Positions 18,525 through 29,073 are shown, counted from the whole stretch's first letter. The stretch is 63,423 bases of DNA, filler included, from 4 parts of 4 records of this genome joined end to end with filler, not necessarily neighbours in it; one strand, 5' to 3'. The notes: generated by a model from the letters alone, not told the origin. Numbers and translations: made by a program.

Positions 18525-18986
18525 CTAGCTCAGGTCGCTACTCGCCAGGCGGCGACGCAATGAATGCAAGTCATTGCGCAACTGCAGCAATTGGTCAGGC
18601 TCACACTGGGTAGAGCAGAGTACGGCTTCAGGAACGGCCTCGGCCGATTTACGCAGTTTTTTGCCCTGCTCGGTCAGACGTATCTCCACTTGCCTTTCAT
18701 CCGCCCGGGAGCGAGCACGCTTCACCAACTCGGCGCTCTCCAGACGCTTCAACAGGGGTGTCAGCGTGGCGGAATCCAGATACAGGCGATCGCCGATTTC
18801 CGACACGGACTGACCATCTTTCTCCCACAGCACCATCATCACCAAGTATTGGGGGTACGTCAGCCCAAGCGTCTTCAGCAGCTTGCGGTAGACCTTGTTC
18901 ATCGCCAACTGGGCGGAATACAGGGCAAAACAGACCTGCATATCCAGATCGAGCAGTGAATTGTCTGATTTAGCGTCGTCACTCAT
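18525..18986 (-). CDS. ohrR: MarR-family peroxide sensor OhrR
   Basis: QVCFALYS sensing cysteine, LTYPQYLV and DSATLTPLLKRLE; adjacent to ohr. Confidence 0.95.
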   Translation of the reverse strand: MSDDAKSDNSLLDLDMQVCFALYSAQLAMNKVYRKLLKTLGLTYPQYLVMMVLWEKDGQSVSEIGDRLYLDSATLTPLLKRLESAELVKRARSRADERQVEIRLTEQGKKLRKSAEAVPEAVLCSTQCEPDQLLQLRNDLHSLRRRLASSDLS

Positions 18987-18996
18987 AGCGCCATAA

Positions 18997-19014
18997 TAAA
19001 TAGCGCACTATTTA
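18997..19014. promoter_or_regulatory. Putative OhrR operator upstream of ohrR (autoregulation)
   Basis: TAAATAGCGCACTATTTA, 10 nt upstream of the ohrR start. Confidence 0.85.
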
Positions 19015-19322
19015 GTTGCAAGCTTCCCAAGAAATCATCATTTACCCAGCGTGAGGCTACTGGGCGCCTGAACGCCAAGGCCCCTAACGCCTTTATCAAG
19101 ACACGCTCTTCGACTTTCTCTCGCTGAAAAACCGTTGGCAGGGAATTATTGTTCGTCCCTCCAGAGGAAACGCCTACAGCGGCGTTGGAGCAGGTTTTTT
19201 TCCTGTTTGTGTGGTTTTCTCGTTTGGCGTTCGACGTTGAGCGTCATGCAAAGTGCGAGAGGTTCGCGGCAATCCAGTTAAAAGACTAGAACGTATTTTT
19301 CACTCTAATCCGCGATGAACTC

Positions 19323-19348
19323 AAAAAAAAGCCCGCCAAAAGGCGGGC
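19323..19348 (-). terminator. Intrinsic terminator of the porin gene
   Basis: GCCCGCC-tttt-GGCGGGC followed by T8 on the minus strand. Confidence 0.9.
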
Positions 19349-19409
19349 AACTGTTACTTGCGTCGAGGAACATCTACTCAGGCAGTCGATGCTGCCTGAG
19401 CTTTTTTCT

Positions 19410-20414
19410 TTAGAACTTGTGTTCCATACCGATACCGAAGATGGTTTCTTCGGTGTCAGCCAGATCAAACTCAAGCTGCGTACCGTAAGCGTAGACTTTG
19501 CTGGCTTTGGCCAGTTTGTAGTCTGCACCCAGGCTTACCTGAGTCGCTTCTTCGTCGGATACGTCACCTTCAGTCATGCCGTACTGGGCTTTCAGCTTCA
19601 CGCGATCAATCTTGAAAGCACCGCTCAGGATATAGGAAGTTTCTTCGCCGTCCGCTTCAGTTTCTTCAGCAGTCTGGAACAGTGCGCCGATTTCGAAGTT
19701 GCCCGGCTTCAGACCAAGAGCTACACGAGTGATGTCGATGGCCGGGCTGGTACCGGTTTCATCGGTGATCAGCTCGTCGGTCATGTCCGCATCGTGAGAG
19801 ATGGCACCGTAGAACATGTCTTTTTCAGCAACCAGAGACACGGAGATGGTGTCCGCCAGGCCAGTTTCCGGATCGCCGTCGCCGTCGATGTCGTTGTTTT
19901 CTGCAGGAATGAATGCAGCGTTCAGGGTTACGAGGTCACCCAGGGCAGGAGTGCTGTACTGAATGATGTTGGAAACCCGGTTTTCGCCAGACAGAACGTT
20001 CTTGATATCGCCACCGATATCATTGAACTGGTCAATCTTGCCCTGGGCTTTCTTGGTGGGGGTATCGAATTTACCCGCCTTCAGGGTACCGAAGCCACCT
20101 TTCAAACCACCGTAGATGTTACGTTGGGTGAAGGTCTGGCCGCTTTTGTCGCCGTCGTCTACGCTGATTTCAAATTCAGCCTGGTAAATGGCTTTCAGGC
20201 CAGCTACGTCCAGATCGAAATCACCTTTAACACCCAGGCGAGAAGCATTGCTGTTCAGCTCCCATGCGTCGTCGCTGGGGTTCACACCATCGTCGAACTC
20301 GGCGTTTTCCAGGGAAACGTTCACTTTACCGTAAACAGTCGGGCCATCGGCCAGGGCCAGGCCAGGCATGGCTACGGCAGCCCCCACAGCGATCGCAAGC
20401 AAATTCTTCTTCAT
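19410..20414 (-). CDS. Gram-negative trimeric porin
   Basis: Signal peptide, TVYGK, SRLGVKG and C-terminal GMEHKF; very acidic. Confidence 0.93.
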   Translation of the reverse strand: MKKNLLAIAVGAAVAMPGLALADGPTVYGKVNVSLENAEFDDGVNPSDDAWELNSNASRLGVKGDFDLDVAGLKAIYQAEFEISVDDGDKSGQTFTQRNIYGGLKGGFGTLKAGKFDTPTKKAQGKIDQFNDIGGDIKNVLSGENRVSNIIQYSTPALGDLVTLNAAFIPAENNDIDGDGDPETGLADTISVSLVAEKDMFYGAISHDADMTDELITDETGTSPAIDITRVALGLKPGNFEIGALFQTAEETEADGEETSYILSGAFKIDRVKLKAQYGMTEGDVSDEEATQVSLGADYKLAKASKVYAYGTQLEFDLADTEETIFGIGMEHKF

Positions 20415-20591
20415 TCCAACACTCCTTCAATCAGGCAATATTTTGTATGCAAAGTAACAGCGTGACTGAAACCCCAACCAAGCGAGGTAACGTTTACTGC
20501 TTGGTGGCGCAGTATGGGGAGAGTGGATGACTGAAAAGTTTCTCTTATGTGAAGTTTTTATTTCACAGGAACAAGGAGGGGTTATTGAAGG

Positions 20592-21374
20592 TCAATCTGC
20601 AGATTTTTTCGCTTGTTTCCAGGCGGCTTCCAACGCGTTTTCATCTAATAATTTCAAAGAGTTGGGCTGCTGTCGCTCCATGGTGCGAAAGCGACGCTCA
20701 AACTTGTTGGTTGCTCGGCGAAGCGCTTGTTCCGGGTCGATTTTCAGGTGGCGGGACAGGTTTACAAGGGTAAAAAGCACATCGCCGAACTCATCTTCTA
20801 TGGCCTCTTTGTGACCATTTGAGAGTGCTTCGTCCAGCTCCGCCAGCTCCCGGTCAACCTGTTCACGCACGGGTTCCGGTGCCTGCCAGTCAAAGCCAAT
20901 CTTGGCGGCTTTCTTCTGAATCTTGCCGGCCCGTTGCAGTGCGGGCAGGCCCTCCGGTACGCCATCAATGGCGCTGGAGTGTTCGCGCCCCTTGCGGGCG
21001 CGCTCCTGTTGCTTGATCTGTTCCCAGTTAGCCTTTACCGCCTGCTCATCACCCGCTTCGGTATCCGCAAAGACATGAGGGTGGCGCCGTACCATCTTGT
21101 CACACAGCACCTGAACCACTTCATTGAAATCAAACAACCCCTGCTCTCGCGCCATTTGCGAATGGAAAACCACTTGCAGCAACAGGTCGCCCAACTCTTC
21201 CTTCAATTCCGGATAGTCCCGCTGGGCAATGGCCTCGGCCACTTCGAAGGCTTCTTCAATGGTATAAGGCGCAATGGAATCGAAGTCCTGCTTGATGTCC
21301 CACGGGCAGCCGGTTTCCGGATCGCGCAGGCGGGACATGATGGAGAGGAGAGATTCGATGGGAGTTGTAGACAT
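20592..21374 (-). CDS. mazG: Nucleoside triphosphate pyrophosphohydrolase
   Basis: LRDPETGCPWD, EELGDLLLQVVFH and RRHPHVF motifs. Confidence 0.96.
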   Translation of the reverse strand: MSTTPIESLLSIMSRLRDPETGCPWDIKQDFDSIAPYTIEEAFEVAEAIAQRDYPELKEELGDLLLQVVFHSQMAREQGLFDFNEVVQVLCDKMVRRHPHVFADTEAGDEQAVKANWEQIKQQERARKGREHSSAIDGVPEGLPALQRAGKIQKKAAKIGFDWQAPEPVREQVDRELAELDEALSNGHKEAIEDEFGDVLFTLVNLSRHLKIDPEQALRRATNKFERRFRTMERQQPNSLKLLDENALEAAWKQAKKSAD

Positions 21375-21422
21375 GCTTTCCCCTGCTGATAGTGGCATGG
21401 CTTGCGAATCATGCAGAACCGG

Positions 21423-21505
21423 AATGAATAATTAATAACGAAAGGCAAAATCCTTGGCGCGGGCATGCCCTTCGGTTTTCGTTATTAACTATTCATTATT
21501 AATTG
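21423..21505. repeat. AT-rich heptamer-based inverted repeat between relA and mazG
   Basis: 21-bp IR at 21423-21443/21477-21497 with 1 mismatch; minus strand reads caattaa taatgaa tagttaa taacgaa aaccgaa. Confidence 0.8.
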
Positions 21506-23746
21506 CTATTTCTTGTAGCGCCGCACTTCCAGCACGCCTTTCAGTTGATCCATCTTGGCAAGCACCTTGCCCAGGTTCCCCAGCGTAGCGATCTCCAGGG
21601 TGAGCAGCATGGTGGCGGTGTTGTCATCCTGATGGGACTGGGTATGCACGGCGGTCACGTTGACCTTTTCATTGGCCAGCACGGCAATCACATCCTTGAG
21701 CAGGCCCTGACGATCCCAAGCGCGCAGGAACACATCCACCGGATAGGTAATCCGGTCGGCTTCGCCCCAGGTCACTTCGATTACCCGGTTAGGGTCATCG
21801 CCCTGCATGGCCAGCAGCTTTTCGCAGTCGGCGCGGTGGACGGTAACGCCCCGCCCCTGGGTAATAAAGCCCATGACCTGATCGCCCGGCACCGGCTGGC
21901 AGCAGCCGGCCATATGGGTGAGGAGATTCCCCACCCCATGGATGGTGATATCACCGCTGGTGGAGGCTTTCGGCTTGGCCGGAACGAACTCCATTTCCTG
22001 CTGGTTATGGTCCGGCTGCAGGGCCTGCACCTGATTGACCACATGCCCCGGGCGCAGGTCGCCCGCACCCAACGACGCCAATACGTCGTCACCGGTTTTC
22101 AGATTGAGGTGCGGCGCCAGGGTATCCAGATCCACTTTTTCCAGCGCTAGCCGCGACATTTCCTTTTCCAGGATGGTCCGGCCCTGAACGATATGCACAT
22201 CACGATCCTGACGTTTGAACCATTGCTGGATTCTCGCCCGGGCGGATGACGTGGCCACATAGCCCAATGACGGGGTCAGCCAGTCACGGCTGGGGCCGCC
22301 TTCCTTGGTGGTGAGGATAGTGACCTGCTCACCGGTATTGAGGCTGTAGTTCAACGGCACGATTTGACCGTTCACCTTGGCGCCCCGGCAGCGATGCCCT
22401 ACTTCGGTATGGATGTGATAGGCGAAATCCACCGGCGTGGCCCCCGCTTCCAGATCTACCACATGGCCTTCCGGGGTGAAAACATACACCCGGTCGCTGA
22501 CCAGGCCGTGGCGCAGCTCGTCGACCATGGCATCCGGACTGTCGTCACCAAGCTCTTCGTGCCATTCGAGCACCTGACGCAGCCAGGTAATCCGTTGCTC
22601 GTAATCGGTAACACCGCTTTTGCCTTTCTTGGCGCCTTCCTTGTAGCGCCAATGGGCACAGACACCCAGCTCCGCTTCTTCATGCATATCGAAGGTACGA
22701 ATTTGTACCTCCAGCATCTTGCGTTCCGGACCTACCACCGCCGTATGCAGGCTCTGGTAACCATTGCCCTTGGGGCTGGCGATGTAATCGTCGAATTCCT
22801 TGGGCACGTGTTGCCACAGGGAATGCACAACACCCAGCGCGGCATAGCAGTCGCGCACTTGCGGCACCAGAATACGCACCGCACGCACGTCATAGACTTC
22901 ACCGAAGTCCAGGTGCTTTTTCTGCATTTTCCGCCAGATGCTGTAAATGTGCTTGGCGCGCCCATTGACCTCGGCGCCACTGATACCGTTCTTTTCCAGA
23001 TAGCCGCGTAAGTGCTCCAGCACATTATCAATGTACTCTTCACGTACCAGACGCTTCTCATCCAGCAGCTTGGCAATTTTCTTGTAGGCGCCCGGTTGCA
23101 GGTAACGGAAGGACAGATCCTCCAGCTCCCACTTCAACTGGCCAACACCCAGCCGGTGAGCCAGCGGCGCGTAGATATCGAAGATTTCCTGGGCCACCTT
23201 GCGCTGGCGCTCCGGTTCCGACTCCTTGACCGCACGAATGATCACCGTTCGTTCCGCAAGCTTGACCAGGGCGACGCGCACGTCGTCGACCATGGCCACC
23301 AGCATCTTGCGCATGTTATCCAGCTGACCATCCTGCTGGCCCAGTACGGCCTTGCGGGTGGGGTTGAGCGAGGTACTGATCGCCGCCATGCGCAGCACGC
23401 CTTCGATCAGGTTGGCCACATCCGGGCCGAATTCCTTTTCCACTTCCAGCAAGGTGATTTGCCCTTCCCGGACTGCCCGGTAAAGGATAGCCGCAGGAAG
23501 AATATCGCTGTCGGCTCCCAGGTCCACCAGCACTTCACCCATTTCCAGGCCGATATCCAGGCACCCTTTGCCGTAAGGCCATACCCGACCCGCAGCTTCA
23601 CCGGCAAGCTGACATTGCTCAGCGCGTTCGCAGGCCTGTTCCAGCAATGCCCGCTCGCGGACAGGTGCACGGTTTTCCAACTGCGTTATCCAGTCACGCC
23701 AGTGAACTATGGAACCTTCTGAGGGCTGTCGCCTTACCGTTACCAT
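21506..23746 (-). CDS. relA: GTP pyrophosphokinase RelA
   Basis: APLAHRLG, GRAKHIYSIWRKM, YQSLHT, EVQIRT, TGS and ACT domains; degenerate HD hydrolase domain. Confidence 0.97.
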   Translation of the reverse strand: MVTVRRQPSEGSIVHWRDWITQLENRAPVRERALLEQACERAEQCQLAGEAAGRVWPYGKGCLDIGLEMGEVLVDLGADSDILPAAILYRAVREGQITLLEVEKEFGPDVANLIEGVLRMAAISTSLNPTRKAVLGQQDGQLDNMRKMLVAMVDDVRVALVKLAERTVIIRAVKESEPERQRKVAQEIFDIYAPLAHRLGVGQLKWELEDLSFRYLQPGAYKKIAKLLDEKRLVREEYIDNVLEHLRGYLEKNGISGAEVNGRAKHIYSIWRKMQKKHLDFGEVYDVRAVRILVPQVRDCYAALGVVHSLWQHVPKEFDDYIASPKGNGYQSLHTAVVGPERKMLEVQIRTFDMHEEAELGVCAHWRYKEGAKKGKSGVTDYEQRITWLRQVLEWHEELGDDSPDAMVDELRHGLVSDRVYVFTPEGHVVDLEAGATPVDFAYHIHTEVGHRCRGAKVNGQIVPLNYSLNTGEQVTILTTKEGGPSRDWLTPSLGYVATSSARARIQQWFKRQDRDVHIVQGRTILEKEMSRLALEKVDLDTLAPHLNLKTGDDVLASLGAGDLRPGHVVNQVQALQPDHNQQEMEFVPAKPKASTSGDITIHGVGNLLTHMAGCCQPVPGDQVMGFITQGRGVTVHRADCEKLLAMQGDDPNRVIEVTWGEADRITYPVDVFLRAWDRQGLLKDVIAVLANEKVNVTAVHTQSHQDDNTATMLLTLEIATLGNLGKVLAKMDQLKGVLEVRRYKK

Positions 23747-23757
23747 GGCAGAACCTG

Positions 23758-25095
23758 CTACTTCTTCTTCGCTTTTTCGAATACAGCGATGGACTCAACG
23801 TGGGTGGTGTGAGGGAACATGTCCATTACACCGGCCGCTTTAAGACGGTAGCCCAGCGCCATCAGTTCCCCGGCATCACGGGCCAATGTGGCCGGGTTGC
23901 ATGACACATAAACAATCTTCGATGCACCAAGCCGGGGCATCAGTTTCACCATCTCCAATGCCCCGGTACGCGGCGGGTCAATCAAGATACGATCATACGC
24001 CTGTCTGGCCCAGGCCTGCCCGCTAATGTCCTGGCTCAAATCCCAGGCATGAAACTCCAGGTTTTCCAGGCCGTTGCGCCGGGCGTTCTCGTAACCACGC
24101 TCCACCATGGCCTGACTGACTTCCACACCGACCACCTTGCCGGCCCGCTTGGCGGCAGGAATGGTGAAATTCCCCAGACCGCAGAACAGATCCAGCACCG
24201 TGTGTTCTGGAGAGATATCCAGCAAGTCCAGTGCCAAAGGCACCATCTTGCGGTTTATGTCTGCATTCACCTGGGTGAAATCGGTGGGATGGAAAGCCAG
24301 CTCTACCCCGGCAGACGGGTGTTTATAGTACAGGCGCTGTTCGCCGCCTTCCGGCCAGATGCGATGCACGGTACTTTCGTTACCCGGTTGCAGATAGCAG
24401 TGCCAGCCCAGATTCTGGCAAAACCCCACCAGAGCCTGTTGATCTGCCTCAGGCAATGGGTCCAGGTGGCGAATAATCAGAGCCACATCGTCATCACCGG
24501 CCGCCAGTTCAATCTGCGGGATCCGGCTGCGACTTTCCAGGCCGTGCATCAGCGTGCGCAGCTCAGAGAGGCGATGCCCCACGTCCGGAATCAACACCTC
24601 ACAGGTACGCAGCTGAGCAATGAAACTGTTGCGTTTTTCCCGGAAGCCCACCAGCGTTTCGCCTTTGGCTTCCACGTACTTCACGCCCAGGCGGGCCTTG
24701 CTGCGGTATCCCGTCACTGGCCCGGTCAACGGTGCCAGCCATTCTTCCGGTTCCAGACCACCAAAATGTTGCAGCTGCTCACGCAATACCGCTTCCTTGC
24801 GCGCTACCTGCACCTCCGGGCTCATATGCTGCAGGCTGCAGCCTCCGCACAGGGTGCTGTGCTCGCAAGGCGGGGTGACCCGGTCCGGGGATGCGGTGAC
24901 GATTTCCACGGCTTTGCCTTCATCGAACTTGCGGCGCATGTAGGTGAATTTGAACATCACCTCTTCACCGGGAAGCGCATTATCAATAAAGGTGGTCTTG
25001 CCATCGCGGCGGGCGATGCCCCTGCCATCATGGCTCAGGGTTTCAATGCTGGCGGGCTCCGGGGTTTCCGGTAACTGCTTGCGACGTCGTGCCAT
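23758..25095 (-). CDS. rlmD: 23S rRNA m5U1939 methyltransferase
   Basis: TRAM domain, CGGCSLQH, LDLFCGLGNF, DPPR, YVSCNP and DMFPHT; upstream of relA. Confidence 0.96.
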   Translation of the reverse strand: MARRRKQLPETPEPASIETLSHDGRGIARRDGKTTFIDNALPGEEVMFKFTYMRRKFDEGKAVEIVTASPDRVTPPCEHSTLCGGCSLQHMSPEVQVARKEAVLREQLQHFGGLEPEEWLAPLTGPVTGYRSKARLGVKYVEAKGETLVGFREKRNSFIAQLRTCEVLIPDVGHRLSELRTLMHGLESRSRIPQIELAAGDDDVALIIRHLDPLPEADQQALVGFCQNLGWHCYLQPGNESTVHRIWPEGGEQRLYYKHPSAGVELAFHPTDFTQVNADINRKMVPLALDLLDISPEHTVLDLFCGLGNFTIPAAKRAGKVVGVEVSQAMVERGYENARRNGLENLEFHAWDLSQDISGQAWARQAYDRILIDPPRTGALEMVKLMPRLGASKIVYVSCNPATLARDAGELMALGYRLKAAGVMDMFPHTTHVESIAVFEKAKKK

Positions 25096-25220
25096 GGAGA
25101 ATCTCAATACTCAGGGGATCAATCTGGGGACAGGCAGCCATGCGCTGGCTGCCAATGTGGTGCGGATTGTAGCGTTTCAGGCCGCTGACGTCAGATTTGT
25201 GACGCCTTTGCGGCATCCAC

Positions 25221-26003
25221 TCAGCTCGCCGACGCTTTCTGCCAGGTGTCCAGGAACGCCAGGAAGTGCGGATGGCCTTCCTGTTTCAGGTAATCCTGTA
25301 GCAGCGTCAGCTCCTGATCATAGCCAGTCGCATCCAGCTCACCGCGCATCAGCTGAAAACGCAGGTAGACCAGCCAGGTATTAAGCACATCGGTTTCGCA
25401 GTAGTCCCGAATCCCCTTGAGATCGCCGTCCTGGAAAGCATCAAAGACCTTGCCGCCACTCATGCCCATCTTGCCGGGAAAGCCCAGCAACGTGGCGATC
25501 TGGTCCAGCGGCGCATTGGCGCGACCGTTATACATGGCCAGCACGTCCATCAGGTCCAGGTGACGCTGATGGTAACGGCTCAGGTAGTTGTTCCATTTGA
25601 AGCTGGTGTCTTCGTTGCCGGTTTCCCAATAACGGTGAGCGGCAACGCCATGCTTGAGCGCGCGATAGTGCAGTACTGGCAGGTCGAAACCGCCGCCGTT
25701 CCAGCTCACCAGGTTGGGTGTAAAACGGTCTATGCCATCGTAGAAGCGCTCGATCAGCTCCTTCTCCGTGCTGTTCTCATCGCCCAGGGACCACGCCTTC
25801 ACACCTTGCGCAGAGCGCAATACCACGGAAATGGCGACGATACGGTGCAGGTGCAGGCGCAGGAATTCGGTGCCATTTTCCTGTCGACGCAGGTTGAGCA
25901 AGGCACTGGCAGTGTCCTTGTCGCTCAGGCCGTCCAGGTCGTAGATGCGGCGCCCGCCATCCAGATCGGGGATGGTTTCGATGTCGAATACCAGTACGTT
26001 CAT
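25221..26003 (-). CDS. PolB-like 3'-5' exonuclease
   Basis: FDIETIPD, WNGGGFDLPVL and YCETDV (DEDDy) motifs. Confidence 0.92.
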   Translation of the reverse strand: MNVLVFDIETIPDLDGGRRIYDLDGLSDKDTASALLNLRRQENGTEFLRLHLHRIVAISVVLRSAQGVKAWSLGDENSTEKELIERFYDGIDRFTPNLVSWNGGGFDLPVLHYRALKHGVAAHRYWETGNEDTSFKWNNYLSRYHQRHLDLMDVLAMYNGRANAPLDQIATLLGFPGKMGMSGGKVFDAFQDGDLKGIRDYCETDVLNTWLVYLRFQLMRGELDATGYDQELTLLQDYLKQEGHPHFLAFLDTWQKASAS

Positions 26004-26914
26004 CCCTGAGACTCTCCTTGTTGAGCTTGCTGAAACACACCGGTAGACAGATAGCGGTCGCCCCGGTCGCAGATAATCGCCACGATCACGGCATTTTCCA
26101 GCTCTTCGCTCAACCGTAGCGCCCCAGCCACCGCCCCGCCGGACGACACGCCGCAGCTGATGCCTTCCTCACGGGCCAACCTGCGCATGGTGCGCTCGGC
26201 CAGGTCCTGATCCATGTCCATGACACGGTCGACTCGGGAATCATCGTAGATGGAGGGCAGGTATGCCTTCGGCCAGCGGCGAATGCCGGGAATGGAGGCT
26301 CCGTCGGTGGGTTGCAGGCCGACAATCTGCACTGCCGGATTCTGCTCCTTCAGATACATGCTGCACCCCATTATGGTACCGGTGGTGCCCATGGAGCTGA
26401 CGAAATGGGTAATGCCGCCATCCGTTTCGCGCCAGATTTCCGGGCCAGTACTTTCATAATGGGCCAGCGGATTATCCGGGTTGGCGAACTGATCCAGCAC
26501 CGTGCCCTCCCCACGAGCTTGCATGGCCTGGGCCAGGTCGCGGGCACCTTCCATGCCCTCTTCCTTGCTCACAGAAATCAGCTCGGCGCCATAAGCGGCC
26601 ATGGCATCACGGCGCTCCTGACTCTGATTCGCGGGCATGATCAGCTTCATGCGGTAACCGCGCATGGCAGCGGCCATGGCCAGCGCGATACCCGTGTTGC
26701 CACTGGTGGCTTCAATCAGGGTATCCCCGGGCTGTATCTGCCCGCGCTGTTCGGCCTTGAGGATCATGTTCAATGCCGGGCGATCTTTTACCGAGCCGGC
26801 CGGGTTATTGCCCTCCAGCTTGACCAGAATGGTATTGCTGGTCGCGCCAGGCATACGCTGCAGACGCACAAGAGGGGTATTGCCCACGGTCTGTTCAATG
26901 GTTTTATGATTCAT
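26000..26914 (-). CDS. cysM: Cysteine synthase B
   Basis: EGNNPAGSVKDR, ATSGNTG, SSMGTTGT and IPGIRRWP motifs. Confidence 0.96.
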   Translation of the reverse strand: MNHKTIEQTVGNTPLVRLQRMPGATSNTILVKLEGNNPAGSVKDRPALNMILKAEQRGQIQPGDTLIEATSGNTGIALAMAAAMRGYRMKLIMPANQSQERRDAMAAYGAELISVSKEEGMEGARDLAQAMQARGEGTVLDQFANPDNPLAHYESTGPEIWRETDGGITHFVSSMGTTGTIMGCSMYLKEQNPAVQIVGLQPTDGASIPGIRRWPKAYLPSIYDDSRVDRVMDMDQDLAERTMRRLAREEGISCGVSSGGAVAGALRLSEELENAVIVAIICDRGDRYLSTGVFQQAQQGESQG

Positions 26915-27041
26915 GGCGCGTATTGTACCTAAAAAGCCGCTTCATGCTGCACGCTTCACGCAACAACACGGTTGCGTGCGACGTGCTGCATGTTGCTATC
27001 CTTCAGGCATAATGGGCAAAAATAACAGCAATCGGGGATTC

Positions 27042-27800
27042 ATGGTCAACCAAAGCCTTCGCTCACGCCTGATGTTCATGGCCGCCCTGCCCGCCCTGCT
27101 GGCGGCGCTGGTGATTGGTGGCTATTCCATGGTCAACCGGATCGTGGATGTCCGTGATACCAATGCCCAGCGTCAGCAACTGGTCACCGATAGCTATGCC
27201 GCGCAATTGGAAACCCTGCCTCACAACAGCCAACGCAAACAGCAAACGTTGTTACGTCAATTGCTGGAGGAGCAGGACGTCCGGGCCGCCTCCCTGGTAT
27301 TCAACGATGGCCGCCCCACCCTGCATGCGGGGCCACGGCTACGCCCCGCCCCTGACGGCGCGACACCCGATGCACAGGGGCGGGTCACCACCGATACCAG
27401 CTGGCAGCTGGATCGGGATCTCAGCGGGGTGCTGCCCGCCCAGCTCACCGTGGAGTTTTCCCAGCAGGGGCAATATCTGTCCACGCTGGAAAATCTGCTC
27501 ACCCTGTTTCTAGTGATGCTGGCACTGATCATGATCGCCATGGTTCCCGCCCTGCGCTTTTCCCGCCAGCTGACACAGCCCATCAGCGACATGGTCAGTG
27601 CGGTGCAACGTATCCGCGATGGCGATCTCAGCATGGCCATTCACACCCAGGCCAAAGGTGAGTTATCAGAACTGGAAACCGCCCTGCGGCAGATGGTCGC
27701 GGCACTGGCCGACGCCCAAACCGAGCTACAGCAAAACGTGGATCAGGCCACTCAGGATCTACGTGAGACTCTGGAAACCATCGAAATCCAGAACATCGAA
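27042..27800 (+). CDS. barA: Hybrid sensor kinase BarA/GacS, N-terminal part (truncated at the contig end)
   Basis: Two TM helices, HAMP domain, QATQDLRETLETIEIQNIE signature; divergent from cysM. Confidence 0.88.
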
Positions 27801-27900
27801 NNNNNNNNNNNNNNNNNNNNNNNNNNNNNNNNNNNNNNNNNNNNTTAATTAATTAANNNNNNNNNNNNNNNNNNNNNNNNNNNNNNNNNNNNNNNNNNNN
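27801..27900. other. Artificial contig spacer
   Basis: N44-TTAATTAATTAA-N44. Confidence 0.99.
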
Positions 27901-27981
27901 GCGCTGTATCTCGCCAAGCAAAACGGCCGCAACCGCCTGGAAGCTCTGACCACTGAAGATCAGGCAGCCAGACGGGGCTAG
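27901..27981 (+). CDS. 3' end of a GGDEF diguanylate cyclase (partial)
   Basis: Translates as [16 protein letters not shown]..., the typical GGDEF C-terminus. Confidence 0.8.
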   Translation, partial: ALYLAKQNGRNRLEALTTEDQAARRG

Positions 27982-28028
27982 CTGATGCTATCCTTTTGCG
28001 ACAGGGAAAACGCAAAGGAGACGACACC

Positions 28029-29000
28029 ATGGCTAAGATCTACGAAGACAACTCGCTGTCGATCGGCAATACCCCGCTGGTCAAGCTTAATCGGGTCAAC
28101 GAAGGGGCCACCATCTGGGCCAAGATTGAAGGGCGCAACCCGGCCTATTCCGTGAAGTGCCGGATCGGTTCCGCCATGATCTGGGATGCGGAAAAGCGTG
28201 GCGCTCTCAAACCCGGCATGACGATCGTCGAGCCCACCAGCGGTAACACTGGCATCGCGCTGGCTTTCGTCGCTGCTGCGAGAGGCTACAAGCTGAAACT
28301 GACCATGCCGTCATCCATGAGCCTGGAGCGCCGCAAAGTACTGAAGGCCATGGGGGCGGAACTGGTGCTTACGGAGCCGGCGAAGGGCATGAAAGGCGCC
28401 ATCGCCAAGGCCGAAGAGATCGTTGCTGAAGACCCGGACAACTGCTTCATGCCACAGCAGTTCGAGAACCCGGCCAACCCCCGCATCCACGAGGACACCA
28501 CCGGGCCCGAAATCTGGAACGATACCGACGGTGCCATCGACATCTTCGTTTCCGGGGTTGGTACCGGCGGCACCCTGACCGGCGTAACCCGTTACATCCG
28601 CAATACCAAAGGCAAGGCCATCACCACCGTTGCCGTGGAGCCGGAAGACTCGCCAATCATCACTCAGGCCCGCGGCGGTCAGGACCAAACACCAGCACCC
28701 CACAAGATCCAGGGCATTGGCGCCGGCTTCATTCCGGGCAACCTGGACATGGACCTGGTGGACCGGGTGGAAAAAGTCAGCAATCAGGACGCCATGGACA
28801 TGGCGCACCGGTTGATGCAGGAGGAAGGCATCCTCTGTGGTATTTCCTGTGGTGCAGCGGTTGTGGCTGCGGTCAGAATCGGAAAGCTGCCGGAATTCAA
28901 GGGCAAGAATATCGTGGTGGTTCTGCCGGATTCCGCCGAGCGCTACCTGTCGTCAGCGCTGTTCGCAGAGCGGTTTGGCGAGCTGGAAAACGTTCAGTAA
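28029..29000 (+). CDS. cysK: Cysteine synthase A
   Basis: [27 protein letters not shown] and [11 protein letters not shown] motifs. Confidence 0.96.
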   Translation: MAKIYEDNSLSIGNTPLVKLNRVNEGATIWAKIEGRNPAYSVKCRIGSAMIWDAEKRGALKPGMTIVEPTSGNTGIALAFVAAARGYKLKLTMPSSMSLERRKVLKAMGAELVLTEPAKGMKGAIAKAEEIVAEDPDNCFMPQQFENPANPRIHEDTTGPEIWNDTDGAIDIFVSGVGTGGTLTGVTRYIRNTKGKAITTVAVEPEDSPIITQARGGQDQTPAPHKIQGIGAGFIPGNLDMDLVDRVEKVSNQDAMDMAHRLMQEEGILCGISCGAAVVAAVRIGKLPEFKGKNIVVVLPDSAERYLSSALFAERFGELENVQ

Positions 29001-29027
29001 TACGGTAGGTATTGCAGAGAAGCTGAT

Positions 29028-29061
29028 AAAAAGCCCGGGGCCAGAACCGCCCCGGGTTTTT
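29028..29061. terminator. Bidirectional intrinsic terminator
   Basis: AAAAAGCCCGGGGC...GCCCCGGGTTTTT between convergent genes. Confidence 0.85.
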
Positions 29062-29073
29062 CAGGTACTTACG

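Noticed and set aside
19389-20465. 358-aa plus-strand ORF antisense to the porin
   Set aside because: Shadow ORF produced by the strong codon bias of the porin gene; no recognisable motifs
24049-25074. 341-aa antisense ORF over rlmD, and similar ones at 49756-50772 and 58185-59180
   Set aside because: Antisense shadows typical of GC-rich coding DNA
27845-27856. TTAATTAATTAA palindrome, also at 53248 and 58063
   Set aside because: Synthetic six-frame stop linker
26000-29000. cysM and cysK close together as a possible cysteine cluster
   Set aside because: They lie on different contigs separated by an artificial spacer
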